From a virus, in IMG/VR virus record IMGVR_UViG_3300025849_000025, positions 16,100 to 80,099 of that record: DNA of 64,000 bases. The stretch is one strand, 5' to 3'. This document shows positions 27,030 through 35,489 of the stretch, in pieces. Each line of letters starts with the position of its first letter. Within the stretch, counting starts at the first letter, position 1. Position numbers and translations under genes: made by a program. A model generated the notes under the pieces. The model was not told the origin of the DNA, did not search any database, and saw only the letters and a program-made list of their open reading frames with translations.

Positions 27030-27257
27030 TCAAGGGAAAACTTCTTCGAAACGCATTAAAGACATTACGTCATCACGAACTTCACAAATTTCTCGAACGG
27101 TAAGGTTTCCATTCGCATCATCTTGAGCAAAATCAATCTGCTCTTGGATGCACTCATCAATCCAATCGGTAGCCTCATCATGAGTATCAAAGGTGCGAAC
27201 TTCTGGCTCAGCCAAAGCGGCTATAGCATAAGAAACTTTATATCGAACATCACGCAT
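27030..27257 (-). CDS. Hypothetical protein, paralog of 26717-26974
   Basis: About 50 bp near-identical at DNA level to 26862-26910. Confidence 0.6.
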   Translation of the reverse strand: MRDVRYKVSYAIAALAEPEVRTFDTHDEATDWIDECIQEQIDFAQDDANGNLTVREICEVRDDVMSLMRFEEVFP

Positions 27258-27261
27258 ATTA

Positions 27262-27399
27262 TTAACCTTTCAATCCGTCAGTAAGACCCATCATTTCACA
27301 ATACTCAGGAAACTTTGCCCACAACTCTTTAATAACCACAGACTTATCTGCGCCTTCAGTCATATAAGCTTTTTTAAGAAGTGTTTCGAATTCTTGCAT
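27262..27399 (-). CDS. 45-aa hypothetical protein (not in ORF track)
   Basis: MQEFETLLKKAYMTEGADKSVVIKELWAKFPEYCEMMGLTDGLKG; GAGG RBS; directly behind a promoter cassette. Confidence 0.55.
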   Translation of the reverse strand: MQEFETLLKKAYMTEGADKSVVIKELWAKFPEYCEMMGLTDGLKG

Positions 27400-27424
27400 A
27401 ATGTACCTCATCATTTGATTACTA

Positions 27425-27465
27425 ATATGTTATAGAATCAAAAAAGGGGGCTGTCAACCCCCTTT
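27425..27465 (-). promoter_or_regulatory. Combined terminator and early promoter cassette
   Basis: AAAGGGGG-TTGACAG-CCCCCTTTTTT hairpin containing the -35 box; TGATTC-TATAAC. Confidence 0.8.
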
Positions 27466-27514
27466 ATGCCCTTGGTAGGGTCTTAATGCGGATACTTTCG
27501 TAGAGCCGCCACAA

Positions 27515-27736
27515 TTAATCTTTCTTTGATACGAAAGAGTACATCTCTTTGGCTTTATCCATGAGTTCATCCATAGAATACATCTTGTAGGTTTCTTTGG
27601 CTTCTTCCATGGTTTGTTTGCCTTGCTGTACCATGTTCTCCGCGAACTGGACATTCATATGGTATTGTTGATCCATATAATCTTTAGCAAGTTGTAGCAT
27701 TTCTGCACGAATTTCAAATGGGTTTTTATTAGACAT
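27515..27736 (-). CDS. Hypothetical phage protein
   Basis: MSNKNPFEIRAEMLQLAKDY...AKEMYSFVS; AAGGAG RBS. Confidence 0.7.
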   Translation of the reverse strand: MSNKNPFEIRAEMLQLAKDYMDQQYHMNVQFAENMVQQGKQTMEEAKETYKMYSMDELMDKAKEMYSFVSKKD

Positions 27737-27786
27737 AATAGTCTCCTTTGTGTGTATGTGTGATGTTACTTAATGTAACGGTTTAT

Positions 27787-28002
27787 TTATCCTCCTGGGA
27801 CAAATTCTTTTGGTGTAAACCAAACTTTCTGGTCATGTATTCTGCCAAGAAGTTGTTGTATCTCTCGCATTTCGTCTACGATCTGTTGAGATGTATGTCC
27901 TGTAGCAATTGCCAAGCCTCTACGACCAGCCTTGTTTCTTAAAGCAGATTCAATAACTTCAATGTCTCTTATGCTGAGTTCGAATTTTGTATTAGGTTTC
28001 AT
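27787..28002 (-). CDS. Hypothetical phage protein
   Basis: 71 aa; ATGA overlap with the upstream gene. Confidence 0.65.
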   Translation of the reverse strand: MKPNTKFELSIRDIEVIESALRNKAGRRGLAIATGHTSQQIVDEMREIQQLLGRIHDQKVWFTPKEFVPGG

Positions 28003-28373
28003 GCTGGATTGAAAACGTCATTTGGAATACTTGACATCTTCTTTGTCTTGAAGAAACCGATGTACTCTGGATACTTGATCATAAACAGACGTGCAAACAA
28101 TGCTACGTAATTGTTAGAAATCTTGTATTTGTCGCCAGTAGTAACAACATCAGTTTCCCAACGTACACGGTTAATAATCAACCAACCACTGAGTTGTGTG
28201 TGACCTGCTCTGATGGCTTCTTTGGTGAACTGTTCAAATAGTTCGAAGAACGCTGGGTTCTCTCTATGCCAAATTAGCCACTTTCTGCCAAGTGTATTTG
28301 CCATCATTTGATCACAATAATCTTGTTCAGTAATCTCTGAGAGCGTGTCGATATAACTTGCTTGTTCGTTCAT
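27999..28373 (-). CDS. Hypothetical phage protein
   Basis: WHRENP...IINRVRWE...YKISNNYVALFARLF; start reassigned to MNEQ (GGAG RBS). Confidence 0.65.
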   Translation of the reverse strand: MNEQASYIDTLSEITEQDYCDQMMANTLGRKWLIWHRENPAFFELFEQFTKEAIRAGHTQLSGWLIINRVRWETDVVTTGDKYKISNNYVALFARLFMIKYPEYIGFFKTKKMSSIPNDVFNPA

Positions 28374-28387
28374 AATATAAATCTCCG

Positions 28388-28609
28388 TTAGGTTTTTTTG
28401 GCTTTGTTCGATTTCCAAAGGTAATTGATATCTTCCTCAGCGGTTCTTGCTGAATCTTCATAGACTTTAATTACATTACCTTTTTTTTCTAGCCACTGTT
28501 GAATTAGAAGTTGATCGGCATCATCAGACGCACGATCTTCCATTCGTTCGATTTCTGCGCTCGACATAGGAGCCGAACGCAGATTAGTTTTGGTTTCACT
28601 TTTTACCAT
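28388..28609 (-). CDS. Hypothetical protein
   Basis: 73-aa ORF overlapping the stop of the upstream gene. Confidence 0.55.
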   Translation of the reverse strand: MVKSETKTNLRSAPMSSAEIERMEDRASDDADQLLIQQWLEKKGNVIKVYEDSARTAEEDINYLWKSNKAKKT

Positions 28610-29375
28610 AAGTTGTTTTTAGCCTTTCTTGTGAAACAAATTCTGGCTCATACATGCCATTCTCGATTTCACGTTTGATAACAACGCCAGACCACCATTC
28701 TTTATTCATCTGTCCAGCCCAACCTTCTGGTGCGCCTTTATAACAACCTGCAACTAAGCCGATTGCGCCATAAGGATGCACATCATCTCGAATTTTCATA
28801 TCACGCTTATGACTGTGACCACAAGTTGCGCTACCAAAGCGCTTAGCTAGAATACCCGCAGCATGGTTTACACCAGACATTGGACGATAACCATTAGTAA
28901 AGAAATGAGCATAACTAACACCATCATAATCATAGATAGCAGGTGCGTCATGTTCATACTCGTGGTATTCGTCGAACCAAGTGTCTGTACCAAGATGCTT
29001 GAAAGAAATACCGTACTTCTCACCTTCGATGCGAGGGTCCATTGCGATAGCTCTTCTAATCCTAGTCTCGTGATTGCCTTCAAATCCGTAATATGCAGGA
29101 CGTTTGCGTTTATTAGCTTTAAACTTAATACGCATACGATCCATTGCTTCGTTGTAGCATTCAATGTCTGCTTCATAGCTTTGGCTTACGAAATTCTTCG
29201 GAGCCTTGGCTGAATCAAAACTGTTCAGTGACCGCATATCTGCACCGTCACCTAAATCTACAACGTAGTCAGGTTTTACGTCCCAGATTAATTCGCCCAA
29301 CCAATCAAATCGCTCGTTGCTAACTTGAGGGTCACTATGGGCGCATGAAAACACAACTGCTGTTTTACCTGCCAT
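28596..29375 (-). CDS. Calcineurin-like metallophosphoesterase
   Basis: CAH in place of DxH, DLGDGAD, EGNHE, AH, GHSH; TTGACA-N17-TATAAT promoter at about 29413-29441. Confidence 0.85.
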   Translation of the reverse strand: MAGKTAVVFSCAHSDPQVSNERFDWLGELIWDVKPDYVVDLGDGADMRSLNSFDSAKAPKNFVSQSYEADIECYNEAMDRMRIKFKANKRKRPAYYGFEGNHETRIRRAIAMDPRIEGEKYGISFKHLGTDTWFDEYHEYEHDAPAIYDYDGVSYAHFFTNGYRPMSGVNHAAGILAKRFGSATCGHSHKRDMKIRDDVHPYGAIGLVAGCYKGAPEGWAGQMNKEWWSGVVIKREIENGMYEPEFVSQERLKTTYGKK

Positions 29376-29473
29376 TAGTGTTAATCTCCTTACATAATTT
29401 AAATGTACCTATATTATATCATAATGACTATAATCTGTCAAGTAAATATGGTATTAGCACATATTATAAAAAA

Positions 29474-29497
29474 ATGGGAAGGCGGTTGCCTTCCCAC
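29474..29497 (-). terminator. Intrinsic terminator after hsp20
   Basis: TGGGAAGGC-loop-GCCTTCCCA followed by a T-run on the minus strand. Confidence 0.75.
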
Positions 29498-29511
29498 TGA
29501 TGCTTAGGACA

Positions 29512-29955
29512 TCACCCCTTTAGAAGCTGAGGTTCCGCACGATTGATTTCAATTTTACGAGGTTTCTTTGCTTCTGGTATTACGTTTTCCAACTTGACGG
29601 TTAAAATACCATCAATAAGGTCAGCGCCCATCACAACAACTGTATCAGCTAATGTGAAAACTCTTGAGAAGGAACGTCCAGAAATTCCACGATGGATGTA
29701 ATGCTTCTCATCTGTGGCTTCCTGTTTACCTTCGATTGTTAGTACCCCTTCTTTGATCTGAATATCAAGATCGTCATAGGTGAACCCAGCAATTGCTAAC
29801 TGCAATTCATATTGGTCATCGTCTACCTTGACGATGTTGTAGGGTGGGTAAGCCTGTTGATTTGGGGTTGTGTCTCTCATTCTTTCAATCATTCGGTCAA
29901 AGCCGATTAAGAATGGATCATTTAAAAAATCAGTTGTAATTCTACGTGTATTCAT
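29512..29955 (-). CDS. hsp20: Small heat-shock protein (Hsp20/IbpA family)
   Basis: YPPYNIVK, LAIAGF, YIHRGISGRSF, ADLIDGILTV, PEAKKPRKIEI; start at ATG 29955. Confidence 0.93.
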   Translation of the reverse strand: MNTRRITTDFLNDPFLIGFDRMIERMRDTTPNQQAYPPYNIVKVDDDQYELQLAIAGFTYDDLDIQIKEGVLTIEGKQEATDEKHYIHRGISGRSFSRVFTLADTVVVMGADLIDGILTVKLENVIPEAKKPRKIEINRAEPQLLKG

Positions 29956-30022
29956 TTTGCTATCTCCTTTATTAAGCAAGATTAATGTGCGTGACCCATT
30001 AGGCATCACGCAATTATTTATA
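29956..30022 (-). promoter_or_regulatory. Late promoter (30015-30022) plus ROSE-like RNA thermometer leader
   Basis: TATAAATA; 5' hairpin GCGTGA...TCACGC; ATCTTGCT pairs with the SD AGGAGAT leaving a bulged G. Confidence 0.6.
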
Positions 30023-30046
30023 AAACATTTTCACCAGAATACCAAA

Positions 30047-30364
30047 TTAATTGGTATATGGCACAAAATCACTACCGTTAGCTACCATGCATGCCCAACC
30101 ATTTTGATACAACGCAACTAAAGTCCAAGTGCCTGTATCTTGATTGGTAGTGAAAATCATTTCAGAATTCACGAATTGACCACTTGCGTGTTGTTGTAAC
30201 ATCTTACCATTAAACAATATTGTTTCGCCGTATTTTGATGTTTGTTCTGCCACGTTGGCAAACGTTGCGCAAGATTGTACTGCTTGGAAAGGTGGCACTT
30301 CTTGTTCTTGAGCCACAACTACTGTTGCAGAAAGTAGGGTAATCGGTAGTAAGTATTTAAGCAT
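30047..30364 (-). CDS. Secreted/periplasmic hypothetical protein
   Basis: N-terminal signal peptide; two Cys; TGTWTLV motif. Confidence 0.65.
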   Translation of the reverse strand: MLKYLLPITLLSATVVVAQEQEVPPFQAVQSCATFANVAEQTSKYGETILFNGKMLQQHASGQFVNSEMIFTTNQDTGTWTLVALYQNGWACMVANGSDFVPYTN

Positions 30365-30367
30365 AGC

Positions 30368-30874
30368 TTATTCTCCTGTTGAACCGAAACCCCCATCGCG
30401 TTCTGTCAACTCCATTGGTTTTGTTGTTTCTGTAAATTTTTGTTGGATAACTTTTTCAACTAAACCTTGAGCTACACGATCACCATTAGTGATCTTGACA
30501 AGACTATCGGTATTGTTTTGTAACATAACAAACGTTTCTAGTGTGTAGTCTGAATCAATAATACCTGTGCCATTTGCTAATGACAAACCTTTCTTGAAGG
30601 CTGAACCAGAGCGAATGTATAGTTTCATAACATGTTTCTCTGGTACGTCGAAAATCAATCCTGTGGGTATTAGAACCCGAATTCCTGGTGGCAACTGAAA
30701 AGCATCTTTGTCGGTGGACACGCCCTTGACTGCAACATTTTGGGACTTATTCCAAGAGTTGTAACCCTTTAGCATATCACCATTCTTAAAACATGCTTTA
30801 ATATCAAAACAAGCTGAGCCTTTAGTAGCATACTCAGGTAGCTCTGCATTTTCATTCATTCTATAAATATTCAT
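30368..30874 (-). CDS. dut: Trimeric dUTPase
   Basis: SACFDI, RSG, GIIDSDY, GDRVAQ, RDGGFGSTG (motifs I-V). Confidence 0.93.
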   Translation of the reverse strand: MNIYRMNENAELPEYATKGSACFDIKACFKNGDMLKGYNSWNKSQNVAVKGVSTDKDAFQLPPGIRVLIPTGLIFDVPEKHVMKLYIRSGSAFKKGLSLANGTGIIDSDYTLETFVMLQNNTDSLVKITNGDRVAQGLVEKVIQQKFTETTKPMELTERDGGFGSTGE

Positions 30875-30875
30875 T

Positions 30876-31280
30876 TCACTTCTTTCCGATGTTATACTTG
30901 GGCTGTAAAGTCCAATTACCTTTCTCTTTATGAGATAAGATTTTGATTTGATTTAGCTGAGCTACAGGGTCTTGGGCTTTCTCTGTTTCAACAACAGCAA
31001 CCAATCCCCACTCCTCTAAAAGATTAACAATAGTATTTCTTCTTGATGCGTCTTCGTCGATAAAGGTATCTGTCTTACCATCTAGTATGAAGAGTTCCTT
31101 AAAGTGTAGTATAGCATATCTACCTTGTTTATGCAAGATATGACAAGTTTGGTACAGTGTTTTTTCTTTTCTTGACGAAATGCCAATTCGTGTGAGAGTT
31201 TCTTTTACCTTAAGGAAACTATCTGGCGTGGGGAGAGTAATCTCAATACCTACGCCTTTAAATATATCTTCTGAGTTCAT
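30876..31280 (-). CDS. regA: Translational repressor RegA
   Basis: FLKVKETLTRIGI...LYQTCHILHKQGRYAILHFKELF...RRNTI. Confidence 0.95.
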   Translation of the reverse strand: MNSEDIFKGVGIEITLPTPDSFLKVKETLTRIGISSRKEKTLYQTCHILHKQGRYAILHFKELFILDGKTDTFIDEDASRRNTIVNLLEEWGLVAVVETEKAQDPVAQLNQIKILSHKEKGNWTLQPKYNIGKK

Positions 31281-31370
31281 AATCCAAAGCACCTTTTTTT
31301 ATTATTATTATGTTATGCTGATCATCAAATTTTTCGACCATCGGATATATTTATCTAAATTAGCTTTTCT

Positions 31371-31766
31371 CTACCCCCCTGTTTCTAACTTTGCACGGAC
31401 TTGTTCAATCTGTTGAACATTAAGCGCCTTCTTGTACATTTTAGCGACAGTGCGGTTACAACCATACACTTCTTGGAGTGCATCTAGGTCTTTATCCACA
31501 TCTGGTTTGTTCCACTTAGAGAAACGTTTACGTTTACGCAAAGCCCCACGATAGTAGTCGAACTGAGCGCCATTAAACAACTCAGGGCGCATGTTCATCT
31601 CATTTGCATGTAGAATTGTATCTTCGAAGTTCGAGAAGCCACGGTTGACAATATAAGGTATGTACAGCTTTTCAGCTTGCTCTGGGATATCATGATCATT
31701 AATGAGATCGTCCTTAGAGAACGAAGCCGCATTCATGAAATCAAAAGGTGTTATTTCTTTCGGCAA
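31371..31766 (-). CDS. gp62: Clamp loader small subunit gp62
   Basis: YIPYIVNRGFS...ANEMN...QFDY...RKRKRFSKW. Confidence 0.92.
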   Translation of the reverse strand: MPKEITPFDFMNAASFSKDDLINDHDIPEQAEKLYIPYIVNRGFSNFEDTILHANEMNMRPELFNGAQFDYYRGALRKRKRFSKWNKPDVDKDLDALQEVYGCNRTVAKMYKKALNVQQIEQVRAKLETGG

Positions 31767-31950
31767 TTGTATTCTCCAAATCTTTCAACATATCATTAAA
31801 CGGTATAGCACAGGATGCGCAAAGTTTCAAGCTTAATTGTCCATCCTGTGTATCGACATTAACTGTGTTAATATCTTTTTTTGGTATTTTCTCTTTGCAC
31901 TCCCAACAGACAACTTTGCTGTCTGTTGGGAGTTTATTCCACCAACCCAT
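31741..31950 (-). CDS. Small Zn-ribbon protein between gp44 and gp62
   Basis: CWEC...CASC; overlaps both neighbours. Confidence 0.55.
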   Translation of the reverse strand: MGWWNKLPTDSKVVCWECKEKIPKKDINTVNVDTQDGQLSLKLCASCAIPFNDMLKDLENTIAERNNTF

Positions 31951-32903
31951 TACTTGTACTCAGCTTCCATCATAACTTCAGACATAAACGCAACCATATT
32001 GATTTCTAGGTCAGCGCAACGTGTAGCCTTATCCATGTAATCAGCAATAGTCACCACAAACCCTGGGAGACTACGCAACTCGACCTTATCTTGTGCCATA
32101 TCATAGATACGACGGAACATCTCATTCATGTCTTGGTCAGAGTTCTTTGCAACCCATTTACGTAGATTAGTCCAGTCTTTTACCTTCAACATACGGAATG
32201 CTTCTTCAAGAGACTCTTGCTTGAGATTAACAAAGATACCTTCATCAATTTTGCCAGCAGCCGCATATGATTGCAGTTCAGTCAGAACACGACGGAAATC
32301 AGGGAAGTGTTGTTCCACAACCTTGGCAACAACCTTGTTGTCGTAGTCTACCTGTTCGTTGTTTAAGATTTCTAGTACACGTTTGTAGAACGAAGCCGCT
32401 AGTTTTGGCTTATCACTATTCTGAATGGTAAAGTCTACTTCAGACAAACGACTACGAAGTGGCGCAATCATACGGTTCTTAAAATTACAAGTGAAGATAA
32501 ACCCACAGTTTGAAGAGTATTCTTCGATAAAGTTGCGTAGTGCTGGTTGGATTTTAGAAGCACTTAGATAGTCTGCTTCATCAAGGATCACATACTTACG
32601 ACCACCTGCAAGAGATACAGCGGATGCATATGCAGAGATATCATAACGTAGGGTGTCGATGCTCATATCCAAAGAGCCGTTCTTGATAATGTAATCACAA
32701 CCCATTTCATCAAGCATAGCTTTTGCGACAGTTGTTTTACCAACACCTGGGCCACCAGAGAGTAAAAGGTTTGGTACACTATCGTCTTCGATAAACTTCT
32801 TAAAAGTTGTCTTCAGCTTTGGGCTGAGGATCGTATCATCTACTCGCTGTGGTCTGTACTTCTCGACCCACAATACTTCATTCGTCTTTGCATCTATAGC
32901 CAT
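31950..32903 (-). CDS. gp44: Clamp loader ATPase subunit gp44
   Basis: LWVEKYRP, GGPGVGKTT, ILDEAD, PLRSR, FPDFRR. Confidence 0.95.
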   Translation of the reverse strand: MAIDAKTNEVLWVEKYRPQRVDDTILSPKLKTTFKKFIEDDSVPNLLLSGGPGVGKTTVAKAMLDEMGCDYIIKNGSLDMSIDTLRYDISAYASAVSLAGGRKYVILDEADYLSASKIQPALRNFIEEYSSNCGFIFTCNFKNRMIAPLRSRLSEVDFTIQNSDKPKLAASFYKRVLEILNNEQVDYDNKVVAKVVEQHFPDFRRVLTELQSYAAAGKIDEGIFVNLKQESLEEAFRMLKVKDWTNLRKWVAKNSDQDMNEMFRRIYDMAQDKVELRSLPGFVVTIADYMDKATRCADLEINMVAFMSEVMMEAEYK

Positions 32904-32970
32904 GTCATCACCATTCATCATAATATAAAATAAGTTGTAGGTTTATAGCGAGAGCCTACATCGCTTATTC

Positions 32971-33231
32971 TTAACTGACTACTTTGTCAGCCATTGGCGC
33001 ATCTGCTGGGACGTCTGCTGGTGCATCTGGCATGTTACCCTCAGGTGCTTCACCTTGCGGTGCGTTTTGCTGTAGGAACATCTCTAGCTTATTGCGTAGC
33101 ATACCTACACCTGCTAGTTCACGGCCTTCGATGCCACCACGACGACTCACGATGTCGATCAATTGTACCACAGTTGCAATATCTTGCAATGAAATTTGTA
33201 CAGGTTCTTGTTGTTGCTCTTGTTCACTCAT
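32971..33231 (-). CDS. Hypothetical protein
   Basis: ISLQDI...IDIVSRRG...EL..VG.LR; AAGGA RBS. Confidence 0.65.
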   Translation of the reverse strand: MSEQEQQQEPVQISLQDIATVVQLIDIVSRRGGIEGRELAGVGMLRNKLEMFLQQNAPQGEAPEGNMPDAPADVPADAPMADKVVS

Positions 33232-33236
33232 ATTAT

Positions 33237-33899
33237 CTATCCTTTATTATAAGTTGATTTGGTATCGATTGCCACATAATATGTAGCATCTGGGCTTTTA
33301 AACTCAGAAATGCCTTTTGCGCATAGAGTTACGCTATAGTCTTGAGGCAATAGCTTAAGGTTTTCTGTCTTGATGATAACCTTAAAGGTATCATTGGTTT
33401 CACCAATTTCAATACCATAATCATCAGCCCCTGTATCGGTACTGCTGATTGCCTTGAGGTAAATCTTACCTTCCTCTCCGACAAATGCCACTTCTTGGAA
33501 TTGAAGTACACCCGCCGCTTTGATTACCGATTGAAGGTCATTCCATGTAACATTCACTTCAACATCTTTAGTCGGCAATTCAATCTCCTTGGTAGGAGCC
33601 GCATGAATCATAGAGATGTCTGCGAATACATATTTAGTACGCTGTTTGCCTTGAGTAATCACGAAGTATTTATCATGGAATTCTACATCAGGATCATTAT
33701 AAAGACCCAAAATAGATAGAAATCGTGATAAATCGTAGATACACGCTTGGGACGGAATGCTATCAGCAATAGTCGCCTTTGCGATCAAGGTTTTTTCTGG
33801 CGTAATAGTCTTAAGCGTATTCCCTTGCTCCATCAAGATAGACTTGTTGATAGTGGAAAAACTCTTAAGTATCGTCAGAGTTCGTTCAGAAAATTTCAT
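33237..33899 (-). CDS. gp45: Sliding clamp gp45
   Basis: MKFSERTLTILKSFSTIN, IYDLSRFL, ENLKLLPQDY, YYVAI. Confidence 0.93.
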   Translation of the reverse strand: MKFSERTLTILKSFSTINKSILMEQGNTLKTITPEKTLIAKATIADSIPSQACIYDLSRFLSILGLYNDPDVEFHDKYFVITQGKQRTKYVFADISMIHAAPTKEIELPTKDVEVNVTWNDLQSVIKAAGVLQFQEVAFVGEEGKIYLKAISSTDTGADDYGIEIGETNDTFKVIIKTENLKLLPQDYSVTLCAKGISEFKSPDATYYVAIDTKSTYNKG

Positions 33900-33955
33900 T
33901 ATATAGTCTCCAAGTTTTGTTTATTTAACAAGATTAACACACATCATTAATCTTG

Positions 33956-34810
33956 TCAATCTTTTTTATAAGATTTCTTACTAGCTGACTTATCAGCCGT
34001 AGCTGATACACCTAGTGAACCAATAGCCGCCATGTTGCCCTTAAAGATGTAAGAGCCGATATGATTGATCTGCATCCATGGACACATCCATACTTGCATA
34101 CCAATTTCACGCGACTTTTGGCAGAAGAAATAGTCTTCGCTCAGATAGCGTTTTGTTTTAGGATCGATAATACAGTCAAAGAATGCTGTGATCTCACGTG
34201 TGCCATCGAAGTTGTCAGTTCTAATATGATCTGGCTTATAAGACAAGTATGGATATGCTTCTTTGTATTTCTCTAGTGTATCACGTGGAATACACATAAA
34301 TCCTGTCCCTGCCTCACCAACTTCCAAAGGCTCAGCAAGATTAAAACTGGCAAGTTTGTTAATTGGATTAAAAACATAATCCGCTGTATACTGATCTAGT
34401 GCAAATGGTGTATCATCTGCTTTGCCAATTTCAACTGCTTTCTTTACCTTCTCCCATGCAATAGTTTTCTTGGGATAAGGACCTGTCACAATGTTGAACT
34501 TAGGATCAGATACTTGAATTGCAATCAAACCTAGTACGTCACGAGGGTCAAATGCGATATCGGAATCAATAAAGACAAGATGTGTACAGTCAGAGCGTAA
34601 GAACTCATCAACAACGTAGTTTCTTGCTCTTTGGATTAGACTCTCATTGAACAAGTAGTAGAAGCGAACGTCGATACCATTAGCACCTGCCATCAAAGCT
34701 AGGTCAGTGCATGCCTTTGTGTACGAACCACTACAGTTGCCGCCATACATTGGTGTTCCAATAAAGATTTTGTGTTTTCGAAGTTCTTCGATGGATATTT
34801 GTAGTTTCAT
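33956..34810 (-). CDS. GT-A-fold glycosyltransferase-like protein
   Basis: IGTPMYGG, ESLIQRARN, FIDSDI (DxD), GTGFM, LSEDYFFC. Confidence 0.75.
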   Translation of the reverse strand: MKLQISIEELRKHKIFIGTPMYGGNCSGSYTKACTDLALMAGANGIDVRFYYLFNESLIQRARNYVVDEFLRSDCTHLVFIDSDIAFDPRDVLGLIAIQVSDPKFNIVTGPYPKKTIAWEKVKKAVEIGKADDTPFALDQYTADYVFNPINKLASFNLAEPLEVGEAGTGFMCIPRDTLEKYKEAYPYLSYKPDHIRTDNFDGTREITAFFDCIIDPKTKRYLSEDYFFCQKSREIGMQVWMCPWMQINHIGSYIFKGNMAAIGSLGVSATADKSASKKSYKKD

Positions 34811-35451
34811 ATTTCCGTTTGCTCCAAATCATGTTCTGCCCTAGTAATTGATTGCAACCGTAGAATATCAGCCGCCACATCATGCTTACTGTCATGAGCG
34901 TTAAAATTGTATTCCCACTTCGCTACGTCCTTAACAGGCACAAACCCATTAGGATCGATATCGAAGTTGAATTTTGCATCGATGAATGTACGAGTGTCAC
35001 GTACAGCATAATGCTTTAAGTATTGACTAAGCAAACGTTGCTTGCCTGCGTCCTCTGCAATACGATCCAAAATTATGGGATCGAATGTGTTGCCTCTTGA
35101 CCACCAACATTCGATCTTGTCACTCTTTCGTAAGTAATCTACTAGCGTTTCGATAAATCGATCTGCTTTCATGTTATCAGGCGATGGCTTCAAGTTCTTC
35201 CTCAGCGCTGCTGGTTGATCCAACCACCACTGCAAGTCACTAGCACTATATACACATCCATGGTTCTCAACTTGATCTTTAATATCAAATGTATTTTGTT
35301 CCATGCCAAGAACCAATTCTTTAAATGTGTATGGGTTCTCGGTGAACCTTCCCCATTCGAATGTGGTATAGGAAACATCAATAGCAGGGATTTTACGAGA
35401 GTTAGTACCAATAGTTTCAAAATCAAATATAAAATGCGTTGCCATTAACAT
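34807..35451 (-). CDS. dexA: 3'-5' exonuclease, DexA-like (DEDDh)
   Basis: IFDFETIG, WSRGNTFD, RDTRT, HDSKHD. Confidence 0.8.
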   Translation of the reverse strand: MLMATHFIFDFETIGTNSRKIPAIDVSYTTFEWGRFTENPYTFKELVLGMEQNTFDIKDQVENHGCVYSASDLQWWLDQPAALRKNLKPSPDNMKADRFIETLVDYLRKSDKIECWWSRGNTFDPIILDRIAEDAGKQRLLSQYLKHYAVRDTRTFIDAKFNFDIDPNGFVPVKDVAKWEYNFNAHDSKHDVAADILRLQSITRAEHDLEQTEI

Positions 35452-35489
35452 ATCTCCTTGTGGTTATTATCATTAATTATACCACATGA

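Noticed and set aside
21343-27465. CRISPR array or integron attC array
   Set aside because: The repeats are separated by whole genes, match sigma70 promoters, and no cas gene or integrase is present
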